From a virus (Duplodnaviria > Caudoviricetes), in IMG/VR virus record IMGVR_UViG_3300037780_000102, positions 1 through 34,606 of that record: a stretch of DNA of 34,606 nucleotides. One strand, 5' to 3'. The position numbers and the translations under genes are program-made. Shown here in pieces: positions 1 to 9,612 of the stretch (its first letter is position 1; each line of letters opens with the position of its first letter). Under the pieces are notes generated by a model that saw only the letters and a list, made by a program, of their open reading frames with translations, ran no database searches and had not been told where the DNA came from.

Positions 1-736
1 TCTGGGTATCACCGACCCATGCATAAATCCCTGTCCCGTTAGAAGGGTCACGATAGACTCGGTAATACTCGGCGCCAGCCACAGCGGTCCATGTTATCTT
101 CGAACCGTAGGTGGTGGTCATCTCGTCAATGTTGTGAGTGACACTCGATGATGGGAGCGATTCAACACCATTCTCGTCCACCGCAGTCACTACATAAGTG
201 TAGTCTTTATTATCGAGCGTACTCGCCGTCCCCACTGTTGTTACAGCTACTCCCGTAGGCACTGTCACTGAGCTACTGTAGTTAATAACATCGAGCGACC
301 AGTTGTCATCCGCTGTCCGGCTCAACCGTCTAGGATCGTAATCCGGGTGAGTGATGGTCATCTGATCGGCATCTTGAGTGAACACTAGCCTGGAGAGGTC
401 CTCTGTACCATAGGGTGTGGTGATCTCGTAGGGAACAGATGCACTGAGGACATAACCACCGTCCCGGATGACGCGCATGTTCTCGTCCTCAAAGACAAGA
501 ATGTAACTCTGCTCAGTGTTGAACTGGAACGGTATGAGTCGACCCCTGTAATCTGAGTCTTTCAACTCATCTATGAACTTTGTCCCCGGGCGAGAATCAA
601 TACCGCCTTGCGGTCTCACTATAAAATTCAGGCACAGGGAGAGACCGTACTGGTAACTCTGCAGATCAGCACGGGCGTGAAGTGAGGGGGACAGTTCTCC
701 CCCAATAAAGGATCTCTGGGTGACCTGTTCTCCCAC
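1..736 (-). CDS. Tail tubular protein B / head-stabilisation protein (T7 gp12, P22 gp10-like), truncated by the window edge
   Basis: Not in the ORF track. Manual translation from GTG at 736 gives MGEQVTQRSFIGGELSPSLHARADLQSYQYGLSLCLNFIVRPQGGIDSRPGTKF, the typical QxSFxxGELSP...PQGG...RPG N-terminus. It abuts the tail tube A stop codon. Confidence 0.85.
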   Translation of the reverse strand, partial: MGEQVTQRSFIGGELSPSLHARADLQSYQYGLSLCLNFIVRPQGGIDSRPGTKFIDELKDSDYRGRLIPFQFNTEQSYILVFEDENMRVIRDGGYVLSASVPYEITTPYGTEDLSRLVFTQDADQMTITHPDYDPRRLSRTADDNWSLDVINYSSSVTVPTGVAVTTVGTASTLDNKDYTYVVTAVDENGVESLPSSSVTHNIDEMTTTYGSKITWTAVAGAEYYRVYRDPSNGTGIYAWVGDTQ

Positions 737-1417
737 TTAGCCCCCCCGGCGAACTCGAATGTATTCGCTCTCTTTCTGCCGATAGTGCTTCTGGTTGTTG
801 GCCTTAGTCTTGGCCTTATCGATGAATGCGGAGTAAAGCTGTAGGCAACGCACCTCGAGCTTTGACCCTCGCTCCTCACCGACAATCGGGACCGCTATCA
901 TTGAGCCAAGGAGATACGAAAGCGCCAGCTTGAAGTCTGTAGTGTAGACATTCGGGTCATCTATCTGCGCCCTGTAGTTCGCACGCAAGCCGCTCTCCTT
1001 CGTCCCGATCACCTTGTTGCCCTGGGATTGGTCGAAGAACACGTCATACTCGACTGGAGGATCAACAGAGGGTCTGTGCTGTCTGTGATCGTCCTCGAAC
1101 CTCAGCGCTACTGCGGAACTGTTGGAGGTGTCCTCAGACGCCTCAGTGATATTTCTGATGAGATAGTTCAGATGTAAGCAATCGGAAGGGTACGCCCACA
1201 TATAGGGCCAGTTGAAAATGTTGCTGCTGGAATACTGGGCCAGGGCGATCACCCGGGTGTTGAACCCCCAGTCATGATCCGCCAAGACTTGATCCCGGGC
1301 CAGATTGTAGTGGAGGTTACACTGCTGCGCCTCGATACTGGAACCGTTCAGTGAGTTGATACTCTTGGCCCGAATTTTAGCTAGGGCCAAGTTGCAGAGT
1401 TCGACCGATGAGGCCAT
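737..1417 (-). CDS. Tail tubular protein A / adaptor (T7 gp11-like)
   Basis: 226 aa. MASSVELCNLAL..I N-terminus, HDWGF and YPSDCL motifs, and position between capsid genes and tail tube B. Confidence 0.8.
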   Translation of the reverse strand: MASSVELCNLALAKIRAKSINSLNGSSIEAQQCNLHYNLARDQVLADHDWGFNTRVIALAQYSSSNIFNWPYMWAYPSDCLHLNYLIRNITEASEDTSNSSAVALRFEDDHRQHRPSVDPPVEYDVFFDQSQGNKVIGTKESGLRANYRAQIDDPNVYTTDFKLALSYLLGSMIAVPIVGEERGSKLEVRCLQLYSAFIDKAKTKANNQKHYRQKESEYIRVRRGG

Positions 1418-1423
1418 GGCTGT

Positions 1424-1744
1424 TTACCCGTAGAGTTTTTTTACACGATCATCTTCACCTGATTTTACCTCAAGTTCAGTGATCTGAATACTCATGCTCT
1501 TGCTGTTCCTTGAGACATTGTTCCCTGACGCCTCGACATTGTGCTCGGACTTCCTGCTGACCTTGGCCCGAGCAATCACCGTCACCTCATCGTCGACCGA
1601 CAAGTTGGCGATGTTGAGGGCGTCATAAAGGTCATCCTCCAGGGTCAACTCTGTCCCATAAGGATAACTTTCCGAAGACCCTAAAGCAGAAGACTCCACA
1701 TCAGAGGAGTCTTCTTTCGATTTGCTGACCTTTGTCAGAGCCAT
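1424..1744 (-). CDS. Small virion protein (capsid staple-like)
   Basis: 106 aa. YPYG-x-x-LxL motif, SMSIQIT, and C-terminal KLYG, as seen in this position in BPP-1-like podophages. Confidence 0.55.
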   Translation of the reverse strand: MALTKVSKSKEDSSDVESSALGSSESYPYGTELTLEDDLYDALNIANLSVDDEVTVIARAKVSRKSEHNVEASGNNVSRNSKSMSIQITELEVKSGEDDRVKKLYG

Positions 1745-2112
1745 TACAGTTCTACCGTCCCCGCACCATTGTCGCCGTTCTGGCCGGCAGCAACGCTGAA
1801 ATCGGGGGACTTGTTCTTCTCCTGCTGACCCTTGATGCTTTCACCGATCTTGCCAGTGATCATACCGATGAAAGTGGTTTTACCCTCGCTCAGGCCGGCA
1901 CCGGGTCCCTGTCCCGCAACCTCGTCGACAAAGTCGCTCTCAGACTTCTCCTGAGCAACTTGCTGCTCCTCCTTAGTCATCTCCTGCAACCATGAGGGCA
2001 GCTTACCCTTGATGGGTTTGTCAGTGGTGAGGAACGGACGCTTACCCTGGGGGTCATACATGACCGGGGGCTTGCCGTAGAAACCTCTTTTCAAAACTCG
2101 ATAAGTAGGCAT
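1744..2112 (-). CDS. Hypothetical late protein
   Basis: ATG at 2112 preceded by AAGGAG. The stop overlaps the next start by one base. Confidence 0.7.
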   Translation of the reverse strand: MPTYRVLKRGFYGKPPVMYDPQGKRPFLTTDKPIKGKLPSWLQEMTKEEQQVAQEKSESDFVDEVAGQGPGAGLSEGKTTFIGMITGKIGESIKGQQEKNKSPDFSVAAGQNGDNGAGTVEL

Positions 2113-2122
2113 GTGCACTCCT

Positions 2123-2154
2123 TAAAAAGACACCCGACCCCTAAGGGCCGGGTG
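2123..2154 (-). terminator. Intrinsic terminator after the capsid and cement genes
   Basis: Minus strand reads CACCCGGCCC-TTAG-GGGTCGGGTG then TCTTTTT. Confidence 0.75.
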
Positions 2155-2167
2155 AAGACGATGGCAA

Positions 2168-2611
2168 TTACGCGCCGGTGAGGTTGGTCTGTCGGCCCAT
2201 CACGATACCTGCCGTAATCTTACCGGTGGTAGCGTTGGAGCCGCCCACGGTGTAGCGGATACCCAGGTATCGACCGGTGATCTTGTCCGGCAGGACATTG
2301 GCGGAGAACTGATAACCCTGCACCAGTGATGCCGTAGCAATAGCACCGGAGCTATAGGCGACTACCGCGCTCGAACTCAAGCCCGCGTTTGCGGCAGACT
2401 CGATAGTGACGGTCAGATCATCCAGAGTGGCGAAGTCTTCTGTTACCTGAACCAGTACCGGGATGGGCGCACCCTTACCGATGTCCTGGTTCAGCGCAGC
2501 GGCAGCATCATACGGTGTGCCGGGGGCGCCAAGGTCAATGACGTTCGCGCTGATGGCTGTAGCAGTGATCGCCTGGTCATCAGAGAACAATTGTTGTGCT
2601 GAAAAAATCAT
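2168..2611 (-). CDS. Capsid cement/decoration protein (Bbp16-like)
   Basis: 147 aa. MI...FSDDQAITATAISANVIDL and RYLGIRYTV...GKITAGIV motifs, directly after the major capsid gene. Confidence 0.85.
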   Translation of the reverse strand: MIFSAQQLFSDDQAITATAISANVIDLGAPGTPYDAAAALNQDIGKGAPIPVLVQVTEDFATLDDLTVTIESAANAGLSSSAVVAYSSGAIATASLVQGYQFSANVLPDKITGRYLGIRYTVGGSNATTGKITAGIVMGRQTNLTGA

Positions 2612-2655
2612 TTTAACATCCTCGTGTTAAGTTGAAGGAGGGGTCAGGTCACCTA

Positions 2656-3684
2656 TTAAGTGACCCGAGCCTCTGTGTTGACCAGTGCGTCGGTTTCCCG
2701 CAGCGGCATACCCCGGTATGTCAGCACCTCTTTACCCTCGATCTCCTTCGGAGTCAGGCGGACAAAGGAGTCATTGGTGCCGCTGTTTGTGCTCGCGGCA
2801 TCCAGGGCCTCCAGCACATCGCCGTTGGCGTAGATCGCAGTACGACCCATTCCACCCATACCCGGGCGACGACCGGCATGCTTCCAGTAAGCCTTCCGCA
2901 TCACGTCGTAGATGGTCAGATCGCTGCCGTCAAGATCGGTAGGATCTGCAGCAAGCAGGCTCACATCGATGTTGGCGATGCGGGTGACGAAACGCCAGTC
3001 CTTCAGGGCCAGACCAATGTGCCAGCGGAAGAGTTCTTCCATGACATAGTAAGGGTTGTCGTTGCTGTCCAGGACTCGCTGCTCACCCTTGTCCTCACGA
3101 GTGACACCCGCCTTAGTACCTTTGGGGTACAGGAGGTGGCATGCGTTCTCACCCCAGGTCACAAACCAGATGGAGGTGTTATCGGAACCAGTACCGCCGG
3201 CGTCGATAATCTGACCACCATTGGCGGCAGAAGTGTCGGAGAAACGAGGCGCCAGTCCCATGAACTCTTCAGGATCGGCAGCGGTGTTGCCGTAGAACAG
3301 CTTACTCGCCACCTCCTGGTTCATTGCTTCCAGGAAAGCTTGAGCCTCGCTCAGTCGTACGGCGCCCCCATTTCCGGAGAGATCCAGCACACGCTTATCC
3401 ACGCTGCTCAGGGCCTCTACGAAACCGGTGGTGTCTTCAACCTGTGCGCGGCGAGACTTGCTCTGGCTAATACCCTGGTACAAACGACCCCAGGCGACAG
3501 ACGGCAGACCCGTGCGAACAGAATGCAGGTGAGATGAGCCCTTGTTACACTCGACCGCAATTGCGTCGTCGAGAATGGGGTTCATCTCGTTCAGCATTTC
3601 GATCACGGGGACAATGTTCCCGTTACCGTCCTGCTGCTTGTAAAGGTCGATCAGGTCGACAAAATTGGCTCCAAGTGTTGCCAT
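2656..3684 (-). CDS. Major capsid protein (BPP-1 Bbp17-like)
   Basis: 342 aa. RTGLP..W, F.GLAPRF, IDAGGTGSDNTSIWFV.WG, DWR...RIANID and DAL.NTEARV motifs. Confidence 0.93.
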   Translation of the reverse strand: MATLGANFVDLIDLYKQQDGNGNIVPVIEMLNEMNPILDDAIAVECNKGSSHLHSVRTGLPSVAWGRLYQGISQSKSRRAQVEDTTGFVEALSSVDKRVLDLSGNGGAVRLSEAQAFLEAMNQEVASKLFYGNTAADPEEFMGLAPRFSDTSAANGGQIIDAGGTGSDNTSIWFVTWGENACHLLYPKGTKAGVTREDKGEQRVLDSNDNPYYVMEELFRWHIGLALKDWRFVTRIANIDVSLLAADPTDLDGSDLTIYDVMRKAYWKHAGRRPGMGGMGRTAIYANGDVLEALDAASTNSGTNDSFVRLTPKEIEGKEVLTYRGMPLRETDALVNTEARVT

Positions 3685-3727
3685 GATAATTTACTCCCGT
3701 AAATTCATTTAATGTTAACGATCAGGA

Positions 3728-4438
3728 TTATCCCTGTTTGACGCCCCCGTCCTCGGCGTAAAGTTGTGATGCTCTGTCCTGTGGTCCAGTTTGCACACCG
3801 CCTCCGCTACCGGGGTTGTCCTCGCCAATCTCCTTGCCGATCTTGGCGAAAATTCGAATGATTTCAGGATGGTTCCCGATGCCGTAGTCATTGAATGCCT
3901 TACTCAACTCTGGTGTACCAAACTTCTCCAGGGTCACCTTAGCGCTCTTGACGGCAGCGTCGAAATTGTTCCCGCCGATCTCTTCATCGGCCTTGGCATC
4001 ATTCAGCCACTGTTGCACGACAGTTGAAGCAGCATCGGACTGTTCCGCCTGAGTCGCCTTGACGTTGTCCGCATGGATTCCCATCAGTTCCTCAACACCC
4101 TCTTTGGGGATGTTGTACTTCTGGAACCATGGAGTAAGACTACCCATGGCCTTGTCACTGATTTCGAACCCTTCCGGAAGGCTCACGTCGGCATAACTTT
4201 CGGGGGCAGTATTCTGCTGCTCCTTGTCGTCGCCGGTTTCTTTATCGTCCCCGGCATCCTGATCGTTAGCTGTTAGAGCAGTCTCCTGCTTCTCATCACC
4301 AGCGATCTGTTCGTCACTGCCTGACTTGTCATCAGATGCAGTTTGTTCCTGCTGCTGAGCAGCTTGTTGCTCAGCTTCCTGTGACTCCTGACCCTGTTGG
4401 TCATTCGTCGCTTGTTCGTTTTCTGTTGCTTCGGGCAT
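3728..4438 (-). CDS. Scaffolding protein (Bbp18-like)
   Basis: 236 aa with an acidic, disordered N-terminus and a G.GNHPEIIR.F.KIGK...ED motif, immediately upstream of the capsid gene. Confidence 0.8.
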   Translation of the reverse strand: MPEATENEQATNDQQGQESQEAEQQAAQQQEQTASDDKSGSDEQIAGDEKQETALTANDQDAGDDKETGDDKEQQNTAPESYADVSLPEGFEISDKAMGSLTPWFQKYNIPKEGVEELMGIHADNVKATQAEQSDAASTVVQQWLNDAKADEEIGGNNFDAAVKSAKVTLEKFGTPELSKAFNDYGIGNHPEIIRIFAKIGKEIGEDNPGSGGGVQTGPQDRASQLYAEDGGVKQG

Positions 4439-4679
4439 TGTTCAATTCCTTCAGTATTGTCAAAGGTAACTCGGGGTCAACCTTCTGAAGCTCGGCGTAA
4501 ACCCACTCTCCGATACTCCTCCGACCCTCATGGTAAGCGTGGTCACGACCGTCCCTCATGTAGACGTTCTTCAGGAAGCTGGACTGGTCCAGCAGTCGTG
4601 CTAAAAACCTCTTACCTGATTCTGTGCGGATTATAGCACTGATGTCCTCTTTTTCCAACTTCTCGCTATCACGCATCAC
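4401..4679 (-). CDS. Bbp19-like protein
   Basis: 92 aa. T.SGKRFL.RLL and AY.EGRRSIG motifs. GTGA overlap with the portal stop. Confidence 0.75.
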   Translation of the reverse strand: MMRDSEKLEKEDISAIIRTESGKRFLARLLDQSSFLKNVYMRDGRDHAYHEGRRSIGEWVYAELQKVDPELPLTILKELNNARSNRKRTSDE

Positions 4680-6355
4680 ATGAGCCCCGCTTCACGCATG
4701 TCGTCGGCCGCTCCAGCCGATGTCTGCTGGGCCTGGGCGGCTTTGTTCGCGGTGTCCATGGCCGTGTTGCTCCGCTCCATCTGAGCCTGTTGTGCCCGGG
4801 CCTGAGCCTCGGCAGCTGCTAGTTCAATGGCCTCATCGTCCGGTCGCACCACATCCGGGCTGACACCGGAGTCTTGGGCGTAGCGATCAACAGTCTGCAT
4901 CGGATCGATCTTATGCCGCGCCTCGGGCCAGATTTCAGTGATCTCAGCAACAAATCCGACAGTGCGTTCTATGGAGGTCAGGCCGACCAACTGCTGCGCC
5001 TGAGCAAGGACGGACACATACTCGACAGAGACCTCGGTGTTAACCAGATCCGGCGGCGGCGGAGGCAGGTATCCGCCCTCCTGAAGTATGTTGAACAATC
5101 GGTTAATCAGTGGGTTCAGCAATTCGTTGTGCAGACGTTCCAGAACAGGCCCCAACATGAGTAGCTTCTCCTCATGCTTCTCGGCGACCTCGCGGGCAGT
5201 GATCTGTCGCCGGTCGGTATTGGCGAGCATGAGGAACAGGTCGACGTAGAATGTCTCCTTGATCCGGTTCTCAACCTCACGCTGGTTCTCGGCGATGTAG
5301 TCAATCCTGGGGGCATAGTTCCCGTAGATTGTGCTGATCGTTTCCTCACCCTTCTCGATACCTATGAACTCGCCAGGGTGGGGCGGACCTCCACCGAGCT
5401 TGCTGCTGGCATTTGCGGAACCTTGGAGTGCCGGGTTGCCCACTTTATCCAGTGCCTGATAATAACGCTTCTCACCCAACTGCAAACCCTTGCAGTCGCC
5501 GAGCGCATCCATGGCCGGACAGCTATCGGAATACACCTGCTCGTCCCGAACGTCCCACCGGGGGCACAGGATAGGGAATTCATTGAACCCGGCCTTCCTC
5601 AGAAAATCTGTACCCTTCTGCTTGCCGGAGCTGTTGCCATCCTCGAAGTAGCAGGACTCAAACATCATATTCCGGGAGAACGGGGACCCTTCCTTATAAC
5701 CCTTGTTAGGCTGGACAATGTGAGTGATAGGGACGTGAATCTCGTAGTCACTCCGGTTGTACTTGTCCCTGACCCAGTTGCTCACATTACCGAGCCCGAA
5801 CTCTTCGACCACTTGGTTCACCGTCTTGGTGTACTCTCGGGCGAAGGTGTCGATGATATCGTTGGCGCCGGCGCCGAGCATGTACCCGCCAATGGTGTAA
5901 GTCTTGGCCCTAACAAGTGTCTTGGGGTCTTGGTATAGGCCCATAGCCCCGGTGGCAAAGACACCCAGCTCGGCATAAAGACTGTGCAGCTGGTTGTAGA
6001 TGTTGGACTGAGCCAGGACCCGGTACATGATCTGCTGCACATCATGCAGCCACTCCTTAACCGCAGCCCGGTCGTTCATGCCCGGGATGGACGCAGCCAG
6101 CTTGAACCACGGGCGAGCGGGAGATGTGATGCCCGCCATCATGCCCGAGGCCAATGTCCTGGCGGATCTGCGCGGGGTGTTGTTGAACTGTTTGGTGTTG
6201 CGCTTCGGTTTCTTGTCCTCGCCCTTCGCCAGGAAGCGGCCGCGAGTGAACAGGACGTTTTCGGCCAGCTCACCCCAATAGTCGAAATAGAGTGTGCGCT
6301 CCTTGCGAAGTGCCTCCACTCGCTTGCGGTACTGCTTCAGCTTGTCTTCAGACAT
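4676..6355 (-). CDS. Portal (head-tail connector) protein
   Basis: 559 aa. LASGMMAGITSPARPWF, TAREV.E..EEKLLMLGPVLERL..ELL.PLI.R and VEYVS.LAQAQ motifs. Confidence 0.95.
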   Translation of the reverse strand: MSEDKLKQYRKRVEALRKERTLYFDYWGELAENVLFTRGRFLAKGEDKKPKRNTKQFNNTPRRSARTLASGMMAGITSPARPWFKLAASIPGMNDRAAVKEWLHDVQQIMYRVLAQSNIYNQLHSLYAELGVFATGAMGLYQDPKTLVRAKTYTIGGYMLGAGANDIIDTFAREYTKTVNQVVEEFGLGNVSNWVRDKYNRSDYEIHVPITHIVQPNKGYKEGSPFSRNMMFESCYFEDGNSSGKQKGTDFLRKAGFNEFPILCPRWDVRDEQVYSDSCPAMDALGDCKGLQLGEKRYYQALDKVGNPALQGSANASSKLGGGPPHPGEFIGIEKGEETISTIYGNYAPRIDYIAENQREVENRIKETFYVDLFLMLANTDRRQITAREVAEKHEEKLLMLGPVLERLHNELLNPLINRLFNILQEGGYLPPPPPDLVNTEVSVEYVSVLAQAQQLVGLTSIERTVGFVAEITEIWPEARHKIDPMQTVDRYAQDSGVSPDVVRPDDEAIELAAAEAQARAQQAQMERSNTAMDTANKAAQAQQTSAGAADDMREAGLM

Positions 6356-6759
6356 TAAGCATTCCTGCTGTTCTTGTTCTGCCCGCCGGCTTTACGCTGA
6401 CGCACAGGGGCATTGTCCACCACACCGCGTGGGCCGGTGAGAATGGTGTCGCTGAGCCTGTCATCCGGGCGATTGCCGAACAGGAAGCCCAGCTTGAGCC
6501 CTGGCGCCTGCGGTACACGGCTGAAGCCCGAGTTGATGGCATCCAGGAAACTGGTGCCAGTGGAGCCGCCGACCGAACCTGCGGTAGTCGTGGTGCGGTT
6601 TTGCTGCCGGTTGTAAAAGTTGCGGGCGATCACGGCCTCGTAACCACGTGTAACATTGCCGTCTGGGGTCTGGTATATAAACCCAAAACCCTCCGGCTCT
6701 TCAGCAGGCGGAGCTGTGATCGGTTTCTTGGTGGGTGTACCCTGTTGTGGTAGTGACAT
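6355..6759 (-). CDS. Hypothetical virion protein upstream of portal
   Basis: 134 aa with a C-terminal TILTGPRG motif, usual for the small gene before the portal in this phage group. GGAGG SD upstream. Confidence 0.6.
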   Translation of the reverse strand: MSLPQQGTPTKKPITAPPAEEPEGFGFIYQTPDGNVTRGYEAVIARNFYNRQQNRTTTTAGSVGGSTGTSFLDAINSGFSRVPQAPGLKLGFLFGNRPDDRLSDTILTGPRGVVDNAPVRQRKAGGQNKNSRNA

Positions 6760-6799
6760 AATTAATCATCCTCCCGACGATTCGCGGATTGTACCACCG

Positions 6800-8455
6800 T
6801 CAATGCTCCGAATCCAGCGGGTGATAATCGCGCCCACGACCGCGCCCCGTCATCTCATGTCGAGCATGGGGCGCCACGTCCTTCTGACCCCGGGGTCTAG
6901 GTAGCTGCGGCACCAGTCGTGCGAAGGTCAGGAACAGGGCATCCGTGTCATCCGGCGAGTACCCAACCCGGGACTTGAACCCGTTGTAGCTGTTGCCCCC
7001 GGGACCCTTTCGATCACCCGAGCCGCCACCCTTGGGCTCCACCACCAGCCGGCCGACCTTATCGTGCCAGTACTCCCTGGCGATCAACTCCTGTTCGAAC
7101 TGGGGATCATAGCTCAGTGCGCCGCCGTTCATCATCCACTCGCGGCATCGGAAACCCATCTCCGAGGTCTTGTCCGCATACTGCCGATCATCGTCCGGCT
7201 TGCCGCCGAAGTGGACATCGATCACGTTGTAGCCGAGCGCACGCAGTCGGTCGCCGATCGGACCACCGATTCCCGTCGCATCAATGAACACATGATCCGG
7301 CTGGTGACGATCCAGGACCATCGCCAGCTTGGACACGACCACTTCGGAGTCGCGGGTCTTCTCCCCGGGCATCTTGTAGGTCGGCTCACTCCTGGCGTCA
7401 CGACCGCGCCGGAAGCGCACGACCAGATGATCATCGCCGCCGCGAGCAACATCGATACCGCAGATGAGCGGATCTGTTCCCGTGTACATCCCCGGGGGGT
7501 TCTCGTTCATGCAGTCGTGGACCACGTCGCCAGGGAGGAACTGCATGGTGCCGGCACGTGGCAGGACACCGCGTACCCGGACCCTGAAGAAGTCGGAGTT
7601 CTCCCCATACTTCTCCTTCCACTCCTCGATCTTGCCCTTGTTGGTCATCTTGGCCTCTCGGCTGTCGATACTCTGCGCACGCCAGCCCGAGTTGGGTTTC
7701 AGCTTCTGGGCAAACTCACCCGTGTTTCGTGTCGGGTTACCGAAGGCAAAGTGGAACGGCTCGCCATCTGTCTTACCTCCTTCGGCCACTTCCCAGATGA
7801 TATCTGGGACAGCTGACGCCTCGTCGAAGATGTAGAACGGTGTGCTCTGTGCATTGTGTAGACCAGCGAACGCCTCGGAGTGTTCCTCCTTACAGGTCTG
7901 CGCATCCACGCGCCACGTCTCCGGCCATGACTTGTGATACATGGACAGGGAGCCCTTGCCGCTGGTGAGGATGAACCAGTTACCAGTCAGGCAACGCTGC
8001 TTCCACTTCGCCAGCTCACCCCATGTCTTGGTGCGCAGCTGCTCTGCAGTATTGGCGGTCACGATACCTTTGGCCTGTGGCCGTGTGCTCATGATGAACA
8101 GGATAATCCATGCCACTAGCGCAGACTTTCCGATACCGTGACCAGATGAGATTGCTTTGTCGAAAGAGGGGACAGGTGTCACACCGTCGAAGCGGTTCAG
8201 GCGCATGGCCTCACCCCACTCGATCAGGACATCACGCTGCCAGTCATCCGGGCCATCGAATCCTTCCAGCTCCCCCTCACCCCAGTCAAATGCCCAGAGC
8301 ACCCAGTTGTACGGGTCATAGTGGAAGCTGGCGCAGTCGTCCGCGATGTCCAGGTCAAGTTGGTTGGCAAAGCTTTCCCCGCCGTGCTCGGCGTCATGAG
8401 ATCGCATTGCCTCGGAGATGTGATCCCGGGGAAATGGTGCGCAGGGTGAGTGCAT
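6800..8455 (-). CDS. terL: Terminase large subunit
   Basis: 551 aa. Walker A SSGHGIGKS, Walker B IFDEAS, FGNP motif, and nuclease motifs GIDVARGGDD, IDATGIG and SPDDTDA. Confidence 0.95.
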   Translation of the reverse strand: MHSPCAPFPRDHISEAMRSHDAEHGGESFANQLDLDIADDCASFHYDPYNWVLWAFDWGEGELEGFDGPDDWQRDVLIEWGEAMRLNRFDGVTPVPSFDKAISSGHGIGKSALVAWIILFIMSTRPQAKGIVTANTAEQLRTKTWGELAKWKQRCLTGNWFILTSGKGSLSMYHKSWPETWRVDAQTCKEEHSEAFAGLHNAQSTPFYIFDEASAVPDIIWEVAEGGKTDGEPFHFAFGNPTRNTGEFAQKLKPNSGWRAQSIDSREAKMTNKGKIEEWKEKYGENSDFFRVRVRGVLPRAGTMQFLPGDVVHDCMNENPPGMYTGTDPLICGIDVARGGDDHLVVRFRRGRDARSEPTYKMPGEKTRDSEVVVSKLAMVLDRHQPDHVFIDATGIGGPIGDRLRALGYNVIDVHFGGKPDDDRQYADKTSEMGFRCREWMMNGGALSYDPQFEQELIAREYWHDKVGRLVVEPKGGGSGDRKGPGGNSYNGFKSRVGYSPDDTDALFLTFARLVPQLPRPRGQKDVAPHARHEMTGRGRGRDYHPLDSEH

Positions 8456-8925
8456 CAGCTGAAATCCAGTTCGGGTGGTTGTGTGAAATCCAGCGAAGGC
8501 GCCGGGTCTGATTCTTTCTCCTGCACGCGCTTGCGACCGCGATTCAGCCGTGCACGGATCTCCTCATCACCGACGATGTGCACCTTCTCCGCAGAGTACG
8601 AGTCCACAGCAGCATGGCGACCGATCTCCCGCAAGGCTGCGTTCGACTGTGACAGCTTACCCTCCTGCCGAGCCAGCACATGATTGTCGACCAGCTGCTG
8701 CAGGTGCCAGTCGGCATCAATGCAGGCAAGGTCCAGGCGCTTGGACAGGATGTTCTCAATAGCTGTGCGCACGTCATCGCGCTGCAAGAGATCGTAACCG
8801 GTGCCAGGGCTGTAGCCGGCACGCACAGCCGCCTCGTCCGCCTTGAAGTCTTTGATGTACTCAATGACAAAGGCAGCGTGGCGGTCTGTTAGTCCGGTCA
8901 GGTCTCCCTGCTTAATGATGGGCAT
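8455..8925 (-). CDS. terS: Terminase small subunit
   Basis: 156 aa. LT.RH.AFV.EY..D....AA.RAGYS helix-turn-helix. Stop/start overlap with terL. Confidence 0.9.
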   Translation of the reverse strand: MPIIKQGDLTGLTDRHAAFVIEYIKDFKADEAAVRAGYSPGTGYDLLQRDDVRTAIENILSKRLDLACIDADWHLQQLVDNHVLARQEGKLSQSNAALREIGRHAAVDSYSAEKVHIVGDEEIRARLNRGRKRVQEKESDPAPSLDFTQPPELDFS

Positions 8926-8953
8926 CGCGTCCTCCCGACGGGATGTGTTTAAA
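8896..8953. repeat. 58-bp perfect direct repeat, copy 1 (terS RBS and first 10 codons)
   Basis: GGTCAGGTCTCCCTGCTTAATGATGGGCATCGCGTCCTCCCGACGGGATGTGTTTAAA, identical to 9254-9311. Confidence 0.95.
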
Positions 8954-8999
8954 AAATGCGATTATCTATGCACGTTTCAGTTGATGTGCATAGATTTCT

Positions 9000-9251
9000 T
9001 CACTTTCTTTGCTTGATTATGTGGACCAATTCCCTGGCTGAAACTTCAACGGCTCCAAACTCGACAGCGAGCTTACGCTTTTCCTTGCAAATATCAAAAT
9101 GCTCATAGGGTGTGTCGGGTCTCTGAATATGTCGCCTGTGGACCCCTATCCTATCGACCATGTTGATCAACTCCCTCCGAGTGTCGGCTATCATGTGACA
9201 CATTTTCATGTACCGATAGTTGTTCTCTTGGTCATCGACGTAAACAGCCAT
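9000..9251 (-). CDS. DUF4031-family protein
   Basis: 83 aa. MAVYVDD, CHMIADT..EL..M...IG, HFDI and A..GA motifs. Confidence 0.8.
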   Translation of the reverse strand: MAVYVDDQENNYRYMKMCHMIADTRRELINMVDRIGVHRRHIQRPDTPYEHFDICKEKRKLAVEFGAVEVSARELVHIIKQRK

Positions 9252-9253
9252 GG

Positions 9254-9311
9254 GGTCAGGTCTCCCTGCTTAATGATGGGCATCGCGTCCTCCCGACGGG
9301 ATGTGTTTAAA
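9254..9311. repeat. 58-bp perfect direct repeat, copy 2
   Basis: Identical to 8896-8953, offset by 358 bp. Confidence 0.95.
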
Positions 9312-9315
9312 TTCT

Positions 9316-9465
9316 TTAACTTCTACGACGCTTCGGCCGGGTCACCCACGCGCCGTGGTCATCAACACTGACCAGCGTAGCGCCATTCTTCAGGACCATG
9401 TTCATCTTGGCCGTGAAAAAGGGGGCAGGTGCTCCTCTTCGACGTATTCTCTTCACCGTGGTCAT
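9316..9465 (-). CDS. Small basic hypothetical protein (49 aa), first gene of the late operon
   Basis: Not in the ORF track. MTTVKRIRRRGAPAPFFTAKMNMVLKNGATLVSVDDHGAWVTRPKRRRS, with a GGAGG SD upstream of the ATG. Confidence 0.65.
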   Translation of the reverse strand: MTTVKRIRRRGAPAPFFTAKMNMVLKNGATLVSVDDHGAWVTRPKRRRS

Positions 9466-9583
9466 ATCGTCCCTCCAAGGGGGTCACGTGGCACAGGTTA
9501 ATAAGATGCCGGCCACCGGGTCGCAACCCATGCCCGAAGACGCCCGGTGCCGGCCACCGATGGGATCACCACCGGCAGCGCCG

Positions 9584-9612
9584 ATTATACACCCACCCCG
9601 CCCCCAGGCCAA
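9584..9612 (-). promoter_or_regulatory. Leftward sigma70-like promoter for the packaging and morphogenesis arm
   Basis: TTGGCC-N17-TATAAT on the minus strand. Confidence 0.6.
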
